64,000 bases of DNA from Octopus sinensis (taxonomy: Eukaryota). Both the position numbers and the translations under genes were made by a program. The DNA is taken from the NCBI RefSeq assembly GCF_006345805.1, contig NC_042997.1, positions 66,898,001-66,962,000 of the forward strand, written 5' to 3'. Shown piece after piece: positions 50,007 through 63,443 of this stretch (positions are counted from its first letter, which is position 1; every line of letters starts with the position of its first letter). Below the pieces are notes generated by a model. The model saw only the letters and a list, made by a program, of their open reading frames with translations, was not told where the DNA came from and searched no databases.

Positions 50007-51011
50007 AAACAAGTTTGTATCCACAATCACGAATTGTTGCCATGGCAACTACTGAGGCGTGGACTGGAGCATTGTCTTGATGAAAAAGGACTACTCTAGT
50101 GAGCATTCCCGGTCTTTTTTCTTTGATTGTTTCTTGGAGGTGTTTCAGTAGCTGAGAATAATACAGCCCTGTCATGGTGTGATCCTTTTCAAGGTAATCA
50201 ATCTGCAAGACACCTTGAGAATCCAAAAAAAAATGGATGACATAACCTTGCCAGCTGAAGGAATAACCCTGGCCTTCTTTGGGGTAGAAGATGTGTGCTT
50301 CCACTGCTTTGATTGTTCTTTGGTTTCAGGCTGGTAGTGATGAACCCAACTTTCATCCATAGTAATGAAATGAGCAAGAAAATTCTCTTCATTGGTTTCA
50401 AACAGTTCCAGGTTGCTCATGGACAAAGTGCTCGTGGTGCGTTTCTGTTCAGGAATCAAAAGGTGAGGGACCCACCTTGCAAAAACCTTTGAGAACTCAA
50501 GTCCTTTTGTCACATTGTTGTCTGCTCTTTCAATTGAGATGCCCAGTCTCTCGGCTATCTGATGACATGATATTCGGCGATCTTGCATTATCTTACCAAG
50601 AGCAATGCCAATGTTGTCCTTGGTGGTTGCAGTTGGAGGTCTCTCTTGTTTATGATCATCTTCCACACTCTCTCTGCCATGCTTGAATACATTTACCCAG
50701 CGTTTGACTGTTGCATATGAAGGAGCATTGTCTGTTAAGTTTCTCACCATATCTTCATGGATTTCTGATAAAGTCATGCCTTTCAAATGAAGGTACTTTA
50801 TGACAGCACAATATTCAGTCTTCTCCATTTTCCTTGTAACCTTAACACTTGTTTATTCAAAAACTGCAAAAAAAAAAAAAAAAATTAAAATATCAGAATC
50901 GTGAAAATGAGCAAGAATACTCCAAAATGACTGTACTTGCCATAAAAAATTGTTTCAGCTATCTAGCAGCCTCGTTTCTAGGTTAGGCTCAAAACTGTTC
51001 ATACTCCCCTC

Positions 51012-51012
<1 letters not shown>
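50007..51012 (-). mobile_element. Mariner (Tc1/mariner) transposon, 3'-truncated and frameshifted
   Basis: ORF 50172-50828 has the HTH region, WVPHLL and ITMDESW. A frameshift at the poly-T run near 50230 is followed by QDNAPVH. The sequence stops before the YSPDL motif. The 5' terminus CGAGGGGAGTATG... at 51012 abuts TA (51013-14). Confidence 0.92.
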
Positions 51013-51055
<43 letters not shown>

Positions 51056-51099
51056 CACAGAAAACGGACGTTAAACGATGATGATGATGATGATATTTA

Positions 51100-51617
51100 A
51101 GAATATTAATAAGGTAAACTGGAAACAAATTGAGAAAGAGATCCTCAAACAAAACTGGCCTAAATGTCTCTCCTCACCAGACATCGACATGAAACTTCAA
51201 CAATTCATGTCTGTAATGCAAGCTGTATGCTACAAATGTGTCCCGAAGAGAAAGGCCACTGTACACAAGAACAAAATCCCCAGGGAAAGGAAAATTCTTA
51301 TGAGACGGCATACAAAAGTTTCAAATCGCCTAAACAAACAAATTGAAAGCAGTGAAAAGTCCTGCCTGAAAATACAACTGCTGGAGATTGTAAAAAAAAT
51401 CTGCAACTCTCCCATGAAAAAAAAAGAGCAAAGAAGCCTGGGCTATAGATAATATAAAATCTAACCCCAGAGCTTTCTATAAGTTTGCCAAAGAAACAGC
51501 TTCAGTGCATTGCAGGAGAGGGCCACTCCTCAAAAATGATGGTACACTCACAGGAAATCCAATGAGGATAAGTGAAATACTAAATGAGCAATTCAAAAGT
51601 ATTTTCACTCCACCCCC
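51100..51617 (+). mobile_element. CR1-like ORF2 internal fragment
   Basis: NINKVNWKQIEKEIL..., then after a frameshift AIDNIKSNPRAFYKFAK..GPLLKNDGTL..ISEILNEQFKSIFTP. Confidence 0.75.
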
Positions 51618-52560
51618 TAGGGTACTTTCACCAGGCTCCTATCTGATCTGGCAGAGTTTCTACAGCTGGATGCCCTTCCTAACGCCAACAACTCCAAGAC
51701 TGTAGTGGGTGCTTTTACGTGCTACTGGCATGAGGGCCAGTCAGGCAGTACTAGCAACAGCCATGCCCAAATGGTGTTTTTATGTGCCACCTGCACAGGA
51801 GCCAGTCCAGCGACACTGGCAACGACCTTGCTCGAATGTTTTGTTCATGTGCCAGTAAGGCAACGCAGGTAATGAACACGCTCAAATGGTGCTTTTTATG
51901 TGCCACCGGCACAAAAGCCAGAGAGCTGCTCTGGCAGTGATCCCGCTCGGATGGAGCTTTCAGCGCTCCACTAGCACGGGTGCCAGTCATTGAATTTGGT
52001 TCAATTTCGATTTCACTTGCCCCAACAGGTCTTTGCAATCAGTGTTTAGTGTCCAATGAAGGAAAGTTGGCATAGGTGCCAGTCGAATTTGGTTCGATAT
52101 ATATATATATGCCTTTAATGACACACTCACAAATCACTGGAGTTTTTCTTTCATCACTACTTTAACTTTAGATTCTCTAGTGTTTGGATGTGTGGACATT
52201 TTAACCATTTATCATAGGCATCATTCCCAATAAATCCCACTGCAAAGTGAGCCTAATACAGCATTTAATAATGTTATCAAAATGAATTTTAGAATTTATG
52301 TGTGATTTGAGTAGGTTGCATGGTTGATATAAGATCTTAATCATTCCACTTTTGTTTTCTCTCTGTGTATATATATGTTTGTATGTTGTAAACTTTTATA
52401 AGAGACCATGAACTAAATGGCTGGTTTACTTTGTTAAAAATTAGTTTAGATGAAATCATTGCTTCTTATGAGAATTATCTAACAATTTCCATGGAAACCG
52501 GTTTCTTCTTTCAAAATAATGTAATTTGCTTTTGTTATCAGTTTATTTAAATATTTATAG

Positions 52561-52616
<56 letters not shown>

Positions 52617-55600
52617 AGAGAGAGAGAGAGATGTGAGTGTGTGTGTGTTGCTTCCATATTTTTGCTTGTAAGAGGGATACTATTGGAAATTATCTTCAAT
52701 TTAATTCTGACATTGTTGATGTTTTGCTTCTAGTAAAATATTAATGCTGTCTGCATGTGTGATATAGTTCCTTGTTGCTTTATTTGTCTGTGGCTCAAAA
52801 TATTTCATGTTTTTCAAGCAAACCTACATACCTGTTTTGTATCATACATGTATATATATATATATATATAATATCTATTCTGTTAAAGTGTTTTACTGGT
52901 CACTTGTTACATTTTATGAACACATTCAATAAATCAATAATATTTCTTTGGAATACTTTTTCGCTTCTATGAAATCATATTGTCAGTTTTGAACCTGTTT
53001 TCTCACTTCAGCTTTTGTTTTTATTTGATATTGTGATTCTGTCATAATGTTCATTTACTAAAGTATTCATTATTTATTTTCAGTTGTAATTAGTGTTATT
53101 GATCTTGGTCTTGTTTTTCTGCTGTTTTCAACAATGTTTAAGTTAACAGAAATAATATAATTTTGTTCTACTTCACAACTTGTTCTTCAAATATTTTGTT
53201 TTCATAAAAACAATGTTGGATATTTCATTTTAAATAAGTGTTTTTCAGGTGTTCTTAGTTTCTCTGAATATTTTATATATTCCATGATTTGGTTTGCTAA
53301 TTCTGTGTCTGCTTTATAAATTGCAATTAAAGGTTTCTATTGATTAGTTTTCTGAGGGTATATTTAGGTTCCATGCACTTGTCTAGTTATTTTGTTAATT
53401 TTATTTTATTAATTACTTGGTTAGAAATTCTTCTGATTGGTGTATTGTAATGATTTTCTGTTCAGTGGGTCAACATGTCTTCTGTTTTCATATTTTGCTT
53501 TTTCTCTCTCTGTCTCTCCAGTCAGAAAGGATCATAGAGCTTTGATATATTCCTGAGAGATCAAATCCTAATTCTTCAGTGACAATTTGCAGCAACTACT
53601 ATATTGCTTGAAATCTGAGCAAGAAATCATCAGTGATTAATTAGAGATTTTGTCACTAATGTCCGAGGAAAAAAAAATGATTCTAGTTGTTTTATTTTGT
53701 CTTCATGTTGAATAACCATTACTAATTCACAAAGAAGACATGATAATAAAATCTCCTAGATAATTTTTTTTGTTGCTATTGTTGATTGACATACAAAACT
53801 AATTCAAAATAGATTTTATTGACATCTTTTTAAAACTAACTTATCTAAAAAAAAAGCAGTTTAAAATTTATGAATGTTTATTTTGTTTTTCTTTTTTTTC
53901 TTCTCTTCTTAAATTTTAGTATACAGCCAGATGGAAGGTTTGCGTAAGTATATTCTTAAAGTGGTTTGATATGTTTGCATATAGCGTAAGTATATTCACC
54001 TCTCCAATTAGATGTGTTCCCAAAAAGTGAACTTTCACACCTTTGGAAGATTGTGGCAACATAGCTATATCAATTCTCAGGATTTGGTCTTTGGGATTCC
54101 ACTTAGCTACTGCATGAATTAGTATCAAAGCACCTTTAATTTAGGACCTATTCAGCTAACTGTAGATTGTTTAGTTATCGTCTATATTATAACAAAGTGG
54201 ATAGTTTCTGATTTTATAAGAATCCAGTTCTAGGAAGACTTGTCATTCAATCTGAAACAGTTTTAGATAACATAGTTTTTTGAGGTCAGTTTGTATGAGT
54301 GATTCTGTTACTCTTTCACAATTTCATTCTTTTTCCATGTTTTATGTTGTTTTCGTAATGTCATCAAAGACTGATGATCTGTTGTTGCTTTGTTATGTAT
54401 TTTATTCTTCAACCATTGTGACAATAATATGGCTTAGCTACTTTACTTTTAATAATTATTTTATTGAATACTTGATTTTTTATACACTGTGTGCAGTAGC
54501 ATGGTTTAGTTGACCTATGTTTAATAGTAGTAATACTTTTTAAAACATATGAACATAACAGTTATATCTAAGCATATATAGTAATTCATGACTTATAAGT
54601 GTTTTTCTTCTTAAGGAACGCAGACATAAGAATTTAATGAAAGTTTCATTTGAGATTATTTAGAGAATTGATGTGAATTCTTGCTTGATGGTTTGCACCA
54701 TCTCTCCTTTATTCTATAATATTTCCTTTTATCCAAATGTCGAGGCATCTTCAGTTTCATCTTTGAGTTTCACTTGCTGTTCCCTATTTCTCTAAAGCGT
54801 GATAGATTTATTCAGCATACAGGCATACATATAGGCATATTCAGTTTCATATTCTTTCTCATATTTTATTTAATTTTGTTTCCTTACTTTTCTGGGGTTT
54901 TTTTTTTAAGTTAAAAAAATTGTTCTGATAAAACATTGTCAATGTTAATTATGACTGGTTATTTAAAACGATAGATATTTACGATATACTGAGGTTTTAG
55001 TGAACTCTCCTCATCATAATTTTTTAAATTATAATTTTAATTTTCACTTTACTATGCTTGCGTAGATCAAACAGAATTCATTAATGTAGATTTTCTATGG
55101 CCAGATAACCTTGTCACCAACCCTCTCCTGTTTCCAAGTAATGTTTCTCCATGACCAGTCATTGTAATGATAGTGATGCATGCGTAGAACCATCATGTAC
55201 TGCCAAGACAAGAAGACACATATACACACACACATACACACACACAATTGCTCACTTACATGCACAACATACACACATGCACATATATAATGGCCTTCTT
55301 TCAGTTTTCTTCCAAATCCACTCACAAAGCTTTGGTCAGCCAGGGACAATAATAGAGAACATTTGCCCCAGGTGCTACACAGTGGGACTGAATCCAAAGC
55401 CATGTGGTTGGAAAGCAAACTTCTTAACCACACAGCTATGCTTTCACCTACCTCATGTTTCATTTAAAAATTTATTGCAGTTAATCTCACATAGCTATAT
55501 TTTTTAACTGATCACTTTCACTTTAACAACACTGTAATTTTTTTGTGTTGCACTTATTATCTTGCACATTTTTATGTATGTGGCTCTGATAAATTAGTGT

Positions 55601-56226
55601 TTTAAATTACTTTGAATGTTGCCTCTTTAAGGCAGATTCTGTAAGTAATCTTTTGAATTATTTTGTTCAAAACTCCAACCTCAATGAGAGCTGTCAGTTA
55701 TTATATTTCCTGTAATGTCTAATTGTTGTTGATTTGTATAATATTCACCATGTTTTCATCTATATCATCTCTGTGTTATTAAAAAAAAAAAGCATGGAAT
55801 TTTATGTAATACTATTGCATGTTAGCGCTGAAGAAATAACTTGTCAACTTCATGTTTTATATGTAGTGTCAGAAACTGTTTGGTAAAGAGAGTTAGTGAG
55901 ATAACATATTTAGATTTATATTAGGACTTTGTGACAGACTAACGTGTAAATTAATTTGTATGCATTTACAAATTTGTACCCATTGCTAATTTAGACAAAT
56001 TTTTCTTTTCCATTTTTATCAATGTACGAATACTTCATTGAAATTTTCCTCACTTGCAATGGGTTATATTTCTTGATTTGTTGGCTGTAAAAGGGTTACT
56101 GGTGAAGTGATGTAAACATTTTGTTAAGAGGGAGTAAAGTGCCTGTAATATACGTAAATTTGCTCAAACCACTCGAATCTATGTCTTTACCTTGACAAAG
56201 TAAGTTGTTAAATAATCACAGTTTAA

Positions 56227-56874
56227 CCCATTAGCATTCAAATTAATCTGTCAAATGTAATGCTTGTTTATTCACATTCATCATCATCATCCTCTTTTAA
56301 TGTCCATTGTCCATGGGTTGGATGGTATAACCAGAGCTGGCAAGCTGGGGGTGGGGGCTGCACCAGACTACAGTCTGATTTGGCATGGTCTCTATGTCTG
56401 GATGCCCTTCCTAATGCCAACCACTTTACAGAGTGTGCTGGTATTTATTATGTGGAACTACACGGGTACTTTTATGTGACACCACATGGGTACTTTTACA
56501 TGTCGCTGCACAGACACTTTTATGTGGCACCACATGGGCACTTTTACATGGCACTGTCACAAGTGCTTCACACCATCTGAAGGATTGGTCTTAACACTTC
56601 TTCTGCAGAGTACAGGTCTTCTTGAGTACAGCCAGACACCAGGTATCTCAATCCTTGTGTCTTGCCAGAAAGGTTCAGCTTCCTCAGGTTGTTCTTCAGT
56701 GTAGTGTTTTGAAATAATCATGTACTATCTTGTAGCTTGGAGATTTCAGTGATGTGATTGTTTAGTTTTTAGATTGACATTTGTAAGATAGGTATGTCTG
56801 GCCAGATCTTTCAGTTTGAACATAAAACAAGTAGTATATTTGGGTTTGATATAGCTGGTTTCAAAACTAAAGGG
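56227..56874. mobile_element. TTAA-flanked MITE (same family as 14102-14317) interrupted by an RTE 3' tail at about 56279-56700
   Basis: TTAA|cccattagcattc...aaaactaaaggg|TTAA; the internal sequence resembles 14102-14317 and 11281-11480. Confidence 0.7.
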
Positions 56875-58597
56875 TTAAAATTATAGCACTGACATAATAC
56901 CTTCATTCTGAAGAGGCTATTAGTCTTTTGTTGAAATAAAATATTTCATCTCATTATTTTCAAAAGGCAATGTATATTTTACTTGATTAACATAATCATG
57001 TTGCTTAAATTACAATTGTATGATTTTCAATTGTATGCATTTTTCTCAAGTTTTGCTTTAAAGTTATAATTTTTCTTTCATCAGTAGTTATTAATATATC
57101 TAGAATAAATCCATGCCCGCATGGCAAAAAGAATGTAAAAATTATAGTGATGCACATAAATATCTACAAGGCTTAGAATGAACTATTTTAAGATTGGTTT
57201 CTGTTTTAGTTGAAAAGAAGAATGAACTTCATTTGTTGTGTACATTGCTTTTCTATACTAGCTTGGGTTACTCAAATATATTATCTAGGCATTGTTTTAC
57301 AGCTGGATGCCCTTCCTGTTGTCAACACTTATCTGTTTTACGAGTAAAGGATCTATTATTTTATATGACTTTAAAGGCACAGAGCCAGCAGATGGTTTGT
57401 TGACAAGAGGGAGAAATGACAACAACATCACTTGCTTGTATCTTATGATTTTGGGGGAAGATCAAATATAAACAAACACACACACACTCTTTCACAAAAG
57501 ATTTCTTTCAGCTTCCATCTACTAAATCTCCTCAAGGCTTTGGTCAGCCAGTGGCTAGAAAAGACTTGATCTAGGTGCCTTGCAGTGGGACTGAACCTAA
57601 AACCATATGGTTGGGAAACAAACTTTTTAACAACCCAGCCTTGACTTCTCCTCACCATACTTGTGCCTAGCCACCACTGATAATTTTAAATTGGAAAATG
57701 GGGTTACAATTTAAATGCAGTTCATGATCACCTTTTAAAATATTTTAATATTGTACCTGTCATTCTTGTTTGAAAAATCTCTATGAAAGTTTTAATCTCA
57801 TTCAACTTCCAATGTATGGTATGTAATAACAGTAACAAAATTTTTTTTTTTTTGTGTTTGTCCTTGGTTGGTAGGTGTTATTTCTTATTTGCTTCTATCT
57901 AGAAATCAAAGGAAATGACTACTATTCCCTTTAAACTTTGCTTTTGTCACCTGGACACTAATGTTTTGAAACCAACCTATTTTTCATTACATTTCAGACA
58001 GATTCAGCCTTGAGTTGCTGAAGCAGAAATATTGTTATAGCAAATATTCTGTTTAATATCACAGATTTGCAAGGCAGCGAGCTGGCAGAGATGTTAGCAC
58101 ATCAGGCAAAATGCTTAGTGGTATTTTGTCTGTTGTTACGTTCTGAGTTCAAATTCTCTGACCATGAGCAGGAGTAAACAGGGAGCATCTTAGCCATATG
58201 TTGACAGGGATTCTTTGGGGTTTGAATAAATGTAACAACAGTTTTGATGGAAATATTAGCTATTTTTTATATTTTCTCAAGTGTAAGCAAATAGGAAATA
58301 ACAGATGCTACCCAAGGACAAAAATCATGTTATGCAGTGTAATTGGTGTGTTGCTAAGAGTGTATAATTTCTGTATCTTTTAGATCTAAATTTTGTTATA
58401 CATTCTACTCCTTACCTAAGTAATAGAAAATAGCTACCAACTGCACTTCACAGTAGATTGCATCTACTTTCTGAATATCTTAATGTCTGTATTGTTAAAA
58501 GAGAAAACCCCAGAGTAAAAAGATTGCTCATAGACCTTAAGTTTAAAACTAATCTATTGTTGGTATTTTGTTGTTTCCAAGCAAAGGAGTTTGGATG

Positions 58598-59112
58598 GAA
58601 TTCTGGTTTAAGCATCCCATATAATCTCTCATAACTTTTTTATATGTTTGGAAATTTTCAGAAAATTTTTTGCGAATTTTATGTGGAATTCATATGAGTA
58701 AAACAAAAAAAATTTTCTTTTTAAATTTTTCAAATCTCCCCACTCTTAGATCCTAAAAGTTCCACTCTTTTTTGGTTTTACAAGTCAGAGTTTAAAATAT
58801 GGACAATCCAAATTTTTTGCTTAAATCCCAGCAATGGACCTTGGGTGTATCATCATTTCATTAAATGTGTTTAAGGAGAGAAAAATATTAAAAAACATTA
58901 ATACATGTCAGAGTAACAAAGAAACAAGTAAAGTGTCAGGCAGTCATGGGATGAGCGAAAAGTAACAGTTAAATTGCCTTTAAATCACACTCAAACAACT
59001 TTTTTGTTGCTTTTTGCATAATTGTATGAATTTGCAAAAAATTTCAGAAAATCCCCCAAAATAAAAAAATAAAAGTTATGCATGGTTATATGGGGTACTT
59101 AAACCAGAATTC
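58598..59112. mobile_element. MITE-like element with long degenerate TIRs
   Basis: gaattctggtttaagcatcccatataa... is inverted to ...ttatatggggtacttaaaccagaattc; no clear TSD. Confidence 0.6.
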
Positions 59113-60982
59113 TATTGAAGTTTGTTCTATTCATTATTACTTTTTACTTGTTTCAATCACTAGACTGTGGCCATGCTGGAAGACTGCTTGAAAGATTTTA
59201 GTCAGTTATGTGACTCCAGTTCTGTTTTATTTATTTATTTATTTATCTTAGTAATAATTTCTAGTTTTCATACCTCAGGAGATAAAACTCAGGCATCGTT
59301 TCTTTCAAGTGATGTCAAACATTAAGGCATATACAGGCTTATACACACACACACACAAGTTTTCACAGTTTCCATCTACCAATTTCACTTACAAGGAAGT
59401 AGTTGACTTAAGACTATAGTAGAAAACACTTACCCAACAAAACATTAATTTCATTTTACTTGATTATTGAAAATTGATACTAGATCATGTGACAATTTTC
59501 ACCTGTGGTAGACTAGCATTCAGTCTGGGGAAAGAACAGTCTCTCTTTTACTTTATGCTATGAGTATCAGTCCTTTTAAAAATCCCTTCAAGGCTTAAGT
59601 TTTTCTGTTGGATTAGATTCTTTGGAAGTTTTGTCATTACAGACAATCTACAAAAAATGTAATCCTAGATTGTATTCTCACATATATTATAAATATTCTA
59701 GCTATCAAGAAGTTCATTATTAGTAATTATCTATTTAATCCTCAGTTTGTCTATTTAAGCTGCTTGGAAATAATTAGGAATGTTTGCATCAAGATTTCAA
59801 TTTTATAAATATATCTGATTATCATCCTTTTTTCTTGAGATTTGTTTTATTTCTAATGGATTTGGTATTGCTACAAATTCTTATACTTATATGTAGCTCT
59901 TTTCTTTTTGTTGCTAGATTTCATTCATCATTTTAATTATCCAGTTGTAGGAGTGAATGTTGTAGTTTAGTCCCAATTTGATTGAGATCTATCGTGAACC
60001 ATTGTCATCCTGTCTTTTTATTCCCACAGGTTTAATGTATTTTAAAGCATCATGTTATTCAAAATACTACTCTTCTTTTTTAAGTGCATTTAATTAAAGG
60101 TAGATTTGGCTGACATTTCTAGCAGATGAATATTGAAGTGCCTTCATTTGGTCATCATAGTTCTTGTGTTTTCAGTTTCTTGTACTTTTCGTAAGTTTTT
60201 CTTCTTGAAGCAGCAAAACCTTATATATGGCAAAAATTTTAGCATAGATTGTTCAAATTGTAATTTTTTAATAAGTTGCTTTTAGTATGTCAGAGACCTA
60301 ATTGGTTTATTGTTATAATCTTGGAAGTACCACTATCACACCGATACTTTTGGTAGTTTCAATTAGCCATTTTTAGTTAGTAGATGAATGAGATCACCAA
60401 ACCTGAGTGATTTCAATTGCCTACACTCTTGAACCAGTACATAATGAGTTAAGAAGTTTTTAAGATCTGACTAATGAATTTACCTCCAAGAGTTACTTTG
60501 AGAATTTGTATCTTCTGATTACTGTTTGCCATTGTCTCCTAGAAAATGTGTTACTGTATGTTTTTTAAACACACACACACACACTCACAATGTCTTTTTA
60601 GAGTTTTATTCTTTGTTTTGCAAACAACTCTTTTTGTATGGAGATTTTGATTTACAGAGATTGTTTGCTTCTTTTTATTTCTCTTATGTTATGACTTTGG
60701 AAGAATATTTAGTTCTCCCTTATTGAAATGTTCATAGTGTTTCTCTCTTTATAATTCGAAAGTGAGATCATTCTCTTTCTATAGCATACATATACACACT
60801 ATTTTTCAAAAATTGTTATGCTTAATTTCACACATTCAAGTTTAACTGTTTTTACTATTTTATGTCTATTTCATTTTGCTATAAACTGAACTCGCATTTT
60901 AATGCTTCTAAAATATATATATTTACCTCTGCTATGGCAGTATAATATTACATTTTTGTTTCCTTTTTCCATTTTATTTTAG

Positions 60983-61162
60983 CATTAGTCCCATCTGGTG
61001 CCATCCAAATAACTACACATCCAGAAGGAACAGTGGCTGGTCAAGGTCTTCAAACGTTAACAATGACCAATGCAAATCCATCATCTGGTGCTGGTACAAC
61101 ATCTGGTACTGCCACTATTGTACAGTATGCCCAAGGTCCTGATGGACAATTTTTAATTCCTG
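60983..61162 (+). CDS. CREB1: CREB1 Q2 glutamine-rich domain exon; bZIP exon(s) lie downstream of the window
   Basis: Acceptor ttttattttAG ends at 60982. Translates (A)LVPSGAIQITTHPEGTVAGQGLQTLTMTNANPSSGAGTTSGTATIVQYAQGPDGQFLIP, with the CREB hallmarks GAIQ, QGLQTLTMTNA and IVQYAQ..DGQ. Donor G|gtaagt, 180 nt, phase 1 to 1, in frame with the previous exon. Confidence 0.95.
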
Positions 61163-61659
61163 GTAAGTAATTAACTGAATCCATTTCCCACAATATGATA
61201 GTAGCTGTTCTCTATTATTAAGTCCAGAATGAATTTCTTAGGAATTCTGTTTCTATTTGTATAATAAGGAAAGCAAACATTTCTAAGGGATGTTTATCTT
61301 GTTGATCTTTTTACTTACATTGATGGAAAGTGAGCCATTACCTCGTTCAGCTCTTCCTTTTAGCCATTGCTTACACATAGAATTATGTAGTTCTAAATGT
61401 TGGGGCTTTGTCACAAGCATTAACTAAATTCATTTTCCCACAGTATAATAGTAGTTCTCTATTATTAAGTCCAGAATGAATTTCTTAGGAATTCTATTTC
61501 TAGTTTTACAATAAGGAAAGCAAATGTAGTTGTTAGGCATGCAATTACTTCCCATACATTATCAAATGACTTTTTACATGCCAAACACATTGCAGTATGT
61601 TCTATTTGAAAATTTATAAGTTTTGTGTGTGTGTATATATATATCTATATATATATATA

Positions 61660-61702
<43 letters not shown>

Positions 61703-61959
61703 CACCTGTACAGGAACTGTTGAATTGACAGTGAGAGTGAACTAATGTGCAGCACAAACATTTAGTCACTGTGAACAAATCATCTGAGCAGGTTGTCCAA
61801 CAGAACCCTCATCTGTCATCTGCGTCCACAATGTCAAAGATTAAAAATTGATTCTGAGAAATATCAAATTTAGGATTTTATTTGTCTCATTTTTGTATTT
61901 TTTGCAATTTTAGTAAATATATAGACATGTAAATAAGTTTACATTTATCAAATGAAATA

Positions 61960-62830
61960 TTGTGCCCATGGGAACTACTATATGATGATGATTCTGCTCT
62001 TATTGCAGAATTTGAAGCAGAATTGAAGGGGTAAGACTAAAGTTGTTAGCAAGAAAGGAGATAAGACTCATTCTGGGTAGCAAATGGCCCTGTTCAATAT
62101 GTAAGAAAGGAGTGGGATGTAATTCCATGCACTGCACCAAGTGTAACCCGTGGATGCATAAGAGATGCAGTGGAATTGTGGGAAAATTATCAGATAAGGT
62201 TGTTTTCGTATGGCAGATGTGCAGGAACAGTAAGTAATAAGAGCACGAGGAACTTAAACTCTCTCAAATGCCCAGGAGGCTCTCTTGCGGTAGAAGATAG
62301 TTTCTGCTATTTAGGTGACCAAATTAGTAAGGGAGGTGGATGCTCTGAAAGTATTGTTTCTAGAATAAGAATAGGGTGGAGGAAGTTCAGAGAACTATTG
62401 CCTCTGTTGGCAGTAAAAGGACTCTCTGAGTGAAAGGTAAGTTGTATGATGCTTGTGTGAGAACAGCTATGTTACATGGTAGTGAGACATGGGTTCTGAC
62501 TGCAGAGGATATGCATAGGCTGGAAAGCAATGAAGGTAGTATGTTCTGTTGGATTTGCAACATCAGTGTGCATGACTGATAAAGCACAACTGTGTTGAGA
62601 AAAAAGTAAGGCATAAGAGGAGAGGAGATTGCGTTGGTTTGAGCATGTGATGTGTATGAGTGATAACAGCTGTATACAGAAATGCCTGTTGCTGAAAGTG
62701 GATGGTACCTGTGGAAGAGGAAGACTCAGGACTGATCTTAGGATGTTGGGGCTCACAGAGGAAATGACAATAGATGGAGATGTTTGGCGATATAAGGTCC
62801 TAGGGAAAACCCATCCGCAAAACAGTGCTA
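61960..62830 (+). mobile_element. Degenerate RTE fragment with the same PHD-finger insertion
   Basis: PWELLYDDD..., WPCSICKKGVGCNSMHCTKCNPWMHKRC, DSFCYLGDQIS.GGGCSES...RIRIGWRKFRELLPLL, with frameshifts and stops. Confidence 0.88.
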
Positions 62831-62839
62831 GGAGAGTTG

Positions 62840-63443
62840 TGTAACGAACTTGGAGTGAGTGAATATCTTCTCTTGTACTTTCGGGGTACAAGAAAGCAAT
62901 CACTAGCCGTTGCTTTAATAATCCAGAATTCTACCAGTCAGAAACAACAAGACGCAGACGTAAAATATATATATACTACTTTATTCTCTTTCTTGGTAAC
63001 AATAACAATAAGTGGTTATCTGATGTCCTTGGTTCGGGGCGCGCAAGGCTGAAAGTTAATCGATTGTAATATTTACAATATTCAGCCGCTAAAACCAGAA
63101 CGGGTTCAAGATGGCGTCGAACAGGAAAGTTGAATGTGGTCGGCAACAATTTGGTTAAAGGCATTCGGCCGACTGCTGCTAGAATCAAGTCCTGACGGAG
63201 AGAGAATATACGTGACCGTTGCCTTCGATAGCCATGTCTCAAAGTTGCCGCTGCTGCTGCTAGCGGTCGAACGTTCTACGTCCCCCTTCCTCGCTAACTG
63301 CTACGTAGGCAATAGGGTTCTGCTTCCGGTGGTTCGCACATGCGCGAGAGGGCCCTTCCTCTCTCTGCCTTGGTAAAGGCACCAACACGCGCGAAATAGA
63401 AAATGGACGGTGCGCGAGCGCGCACCGTTATAGTATCACTACA
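62840..63443 (-). mobile_element. 3' LTR (604 bp) of an LTR retrotransposon; internal region continues to the window end
   Basis: On the minus strand it reads TGTAG...TTACA. It is preceded by the PPT-like ggaggggagcct (63444-55), has AATAAA near 62980, and is CpG-rich compared with the surrounding intron. No pol ORF seen in 63444-64000. Confidence 0.8.

Noticed and set aside
59143-59187. SINE-like tail sharing ggccatgctgg with the CR1 3' end (possible LINE-SINE partnership)
   Set aside because: Only about 13 nt match in a degraded fragment; insufficient without consensus sequences.
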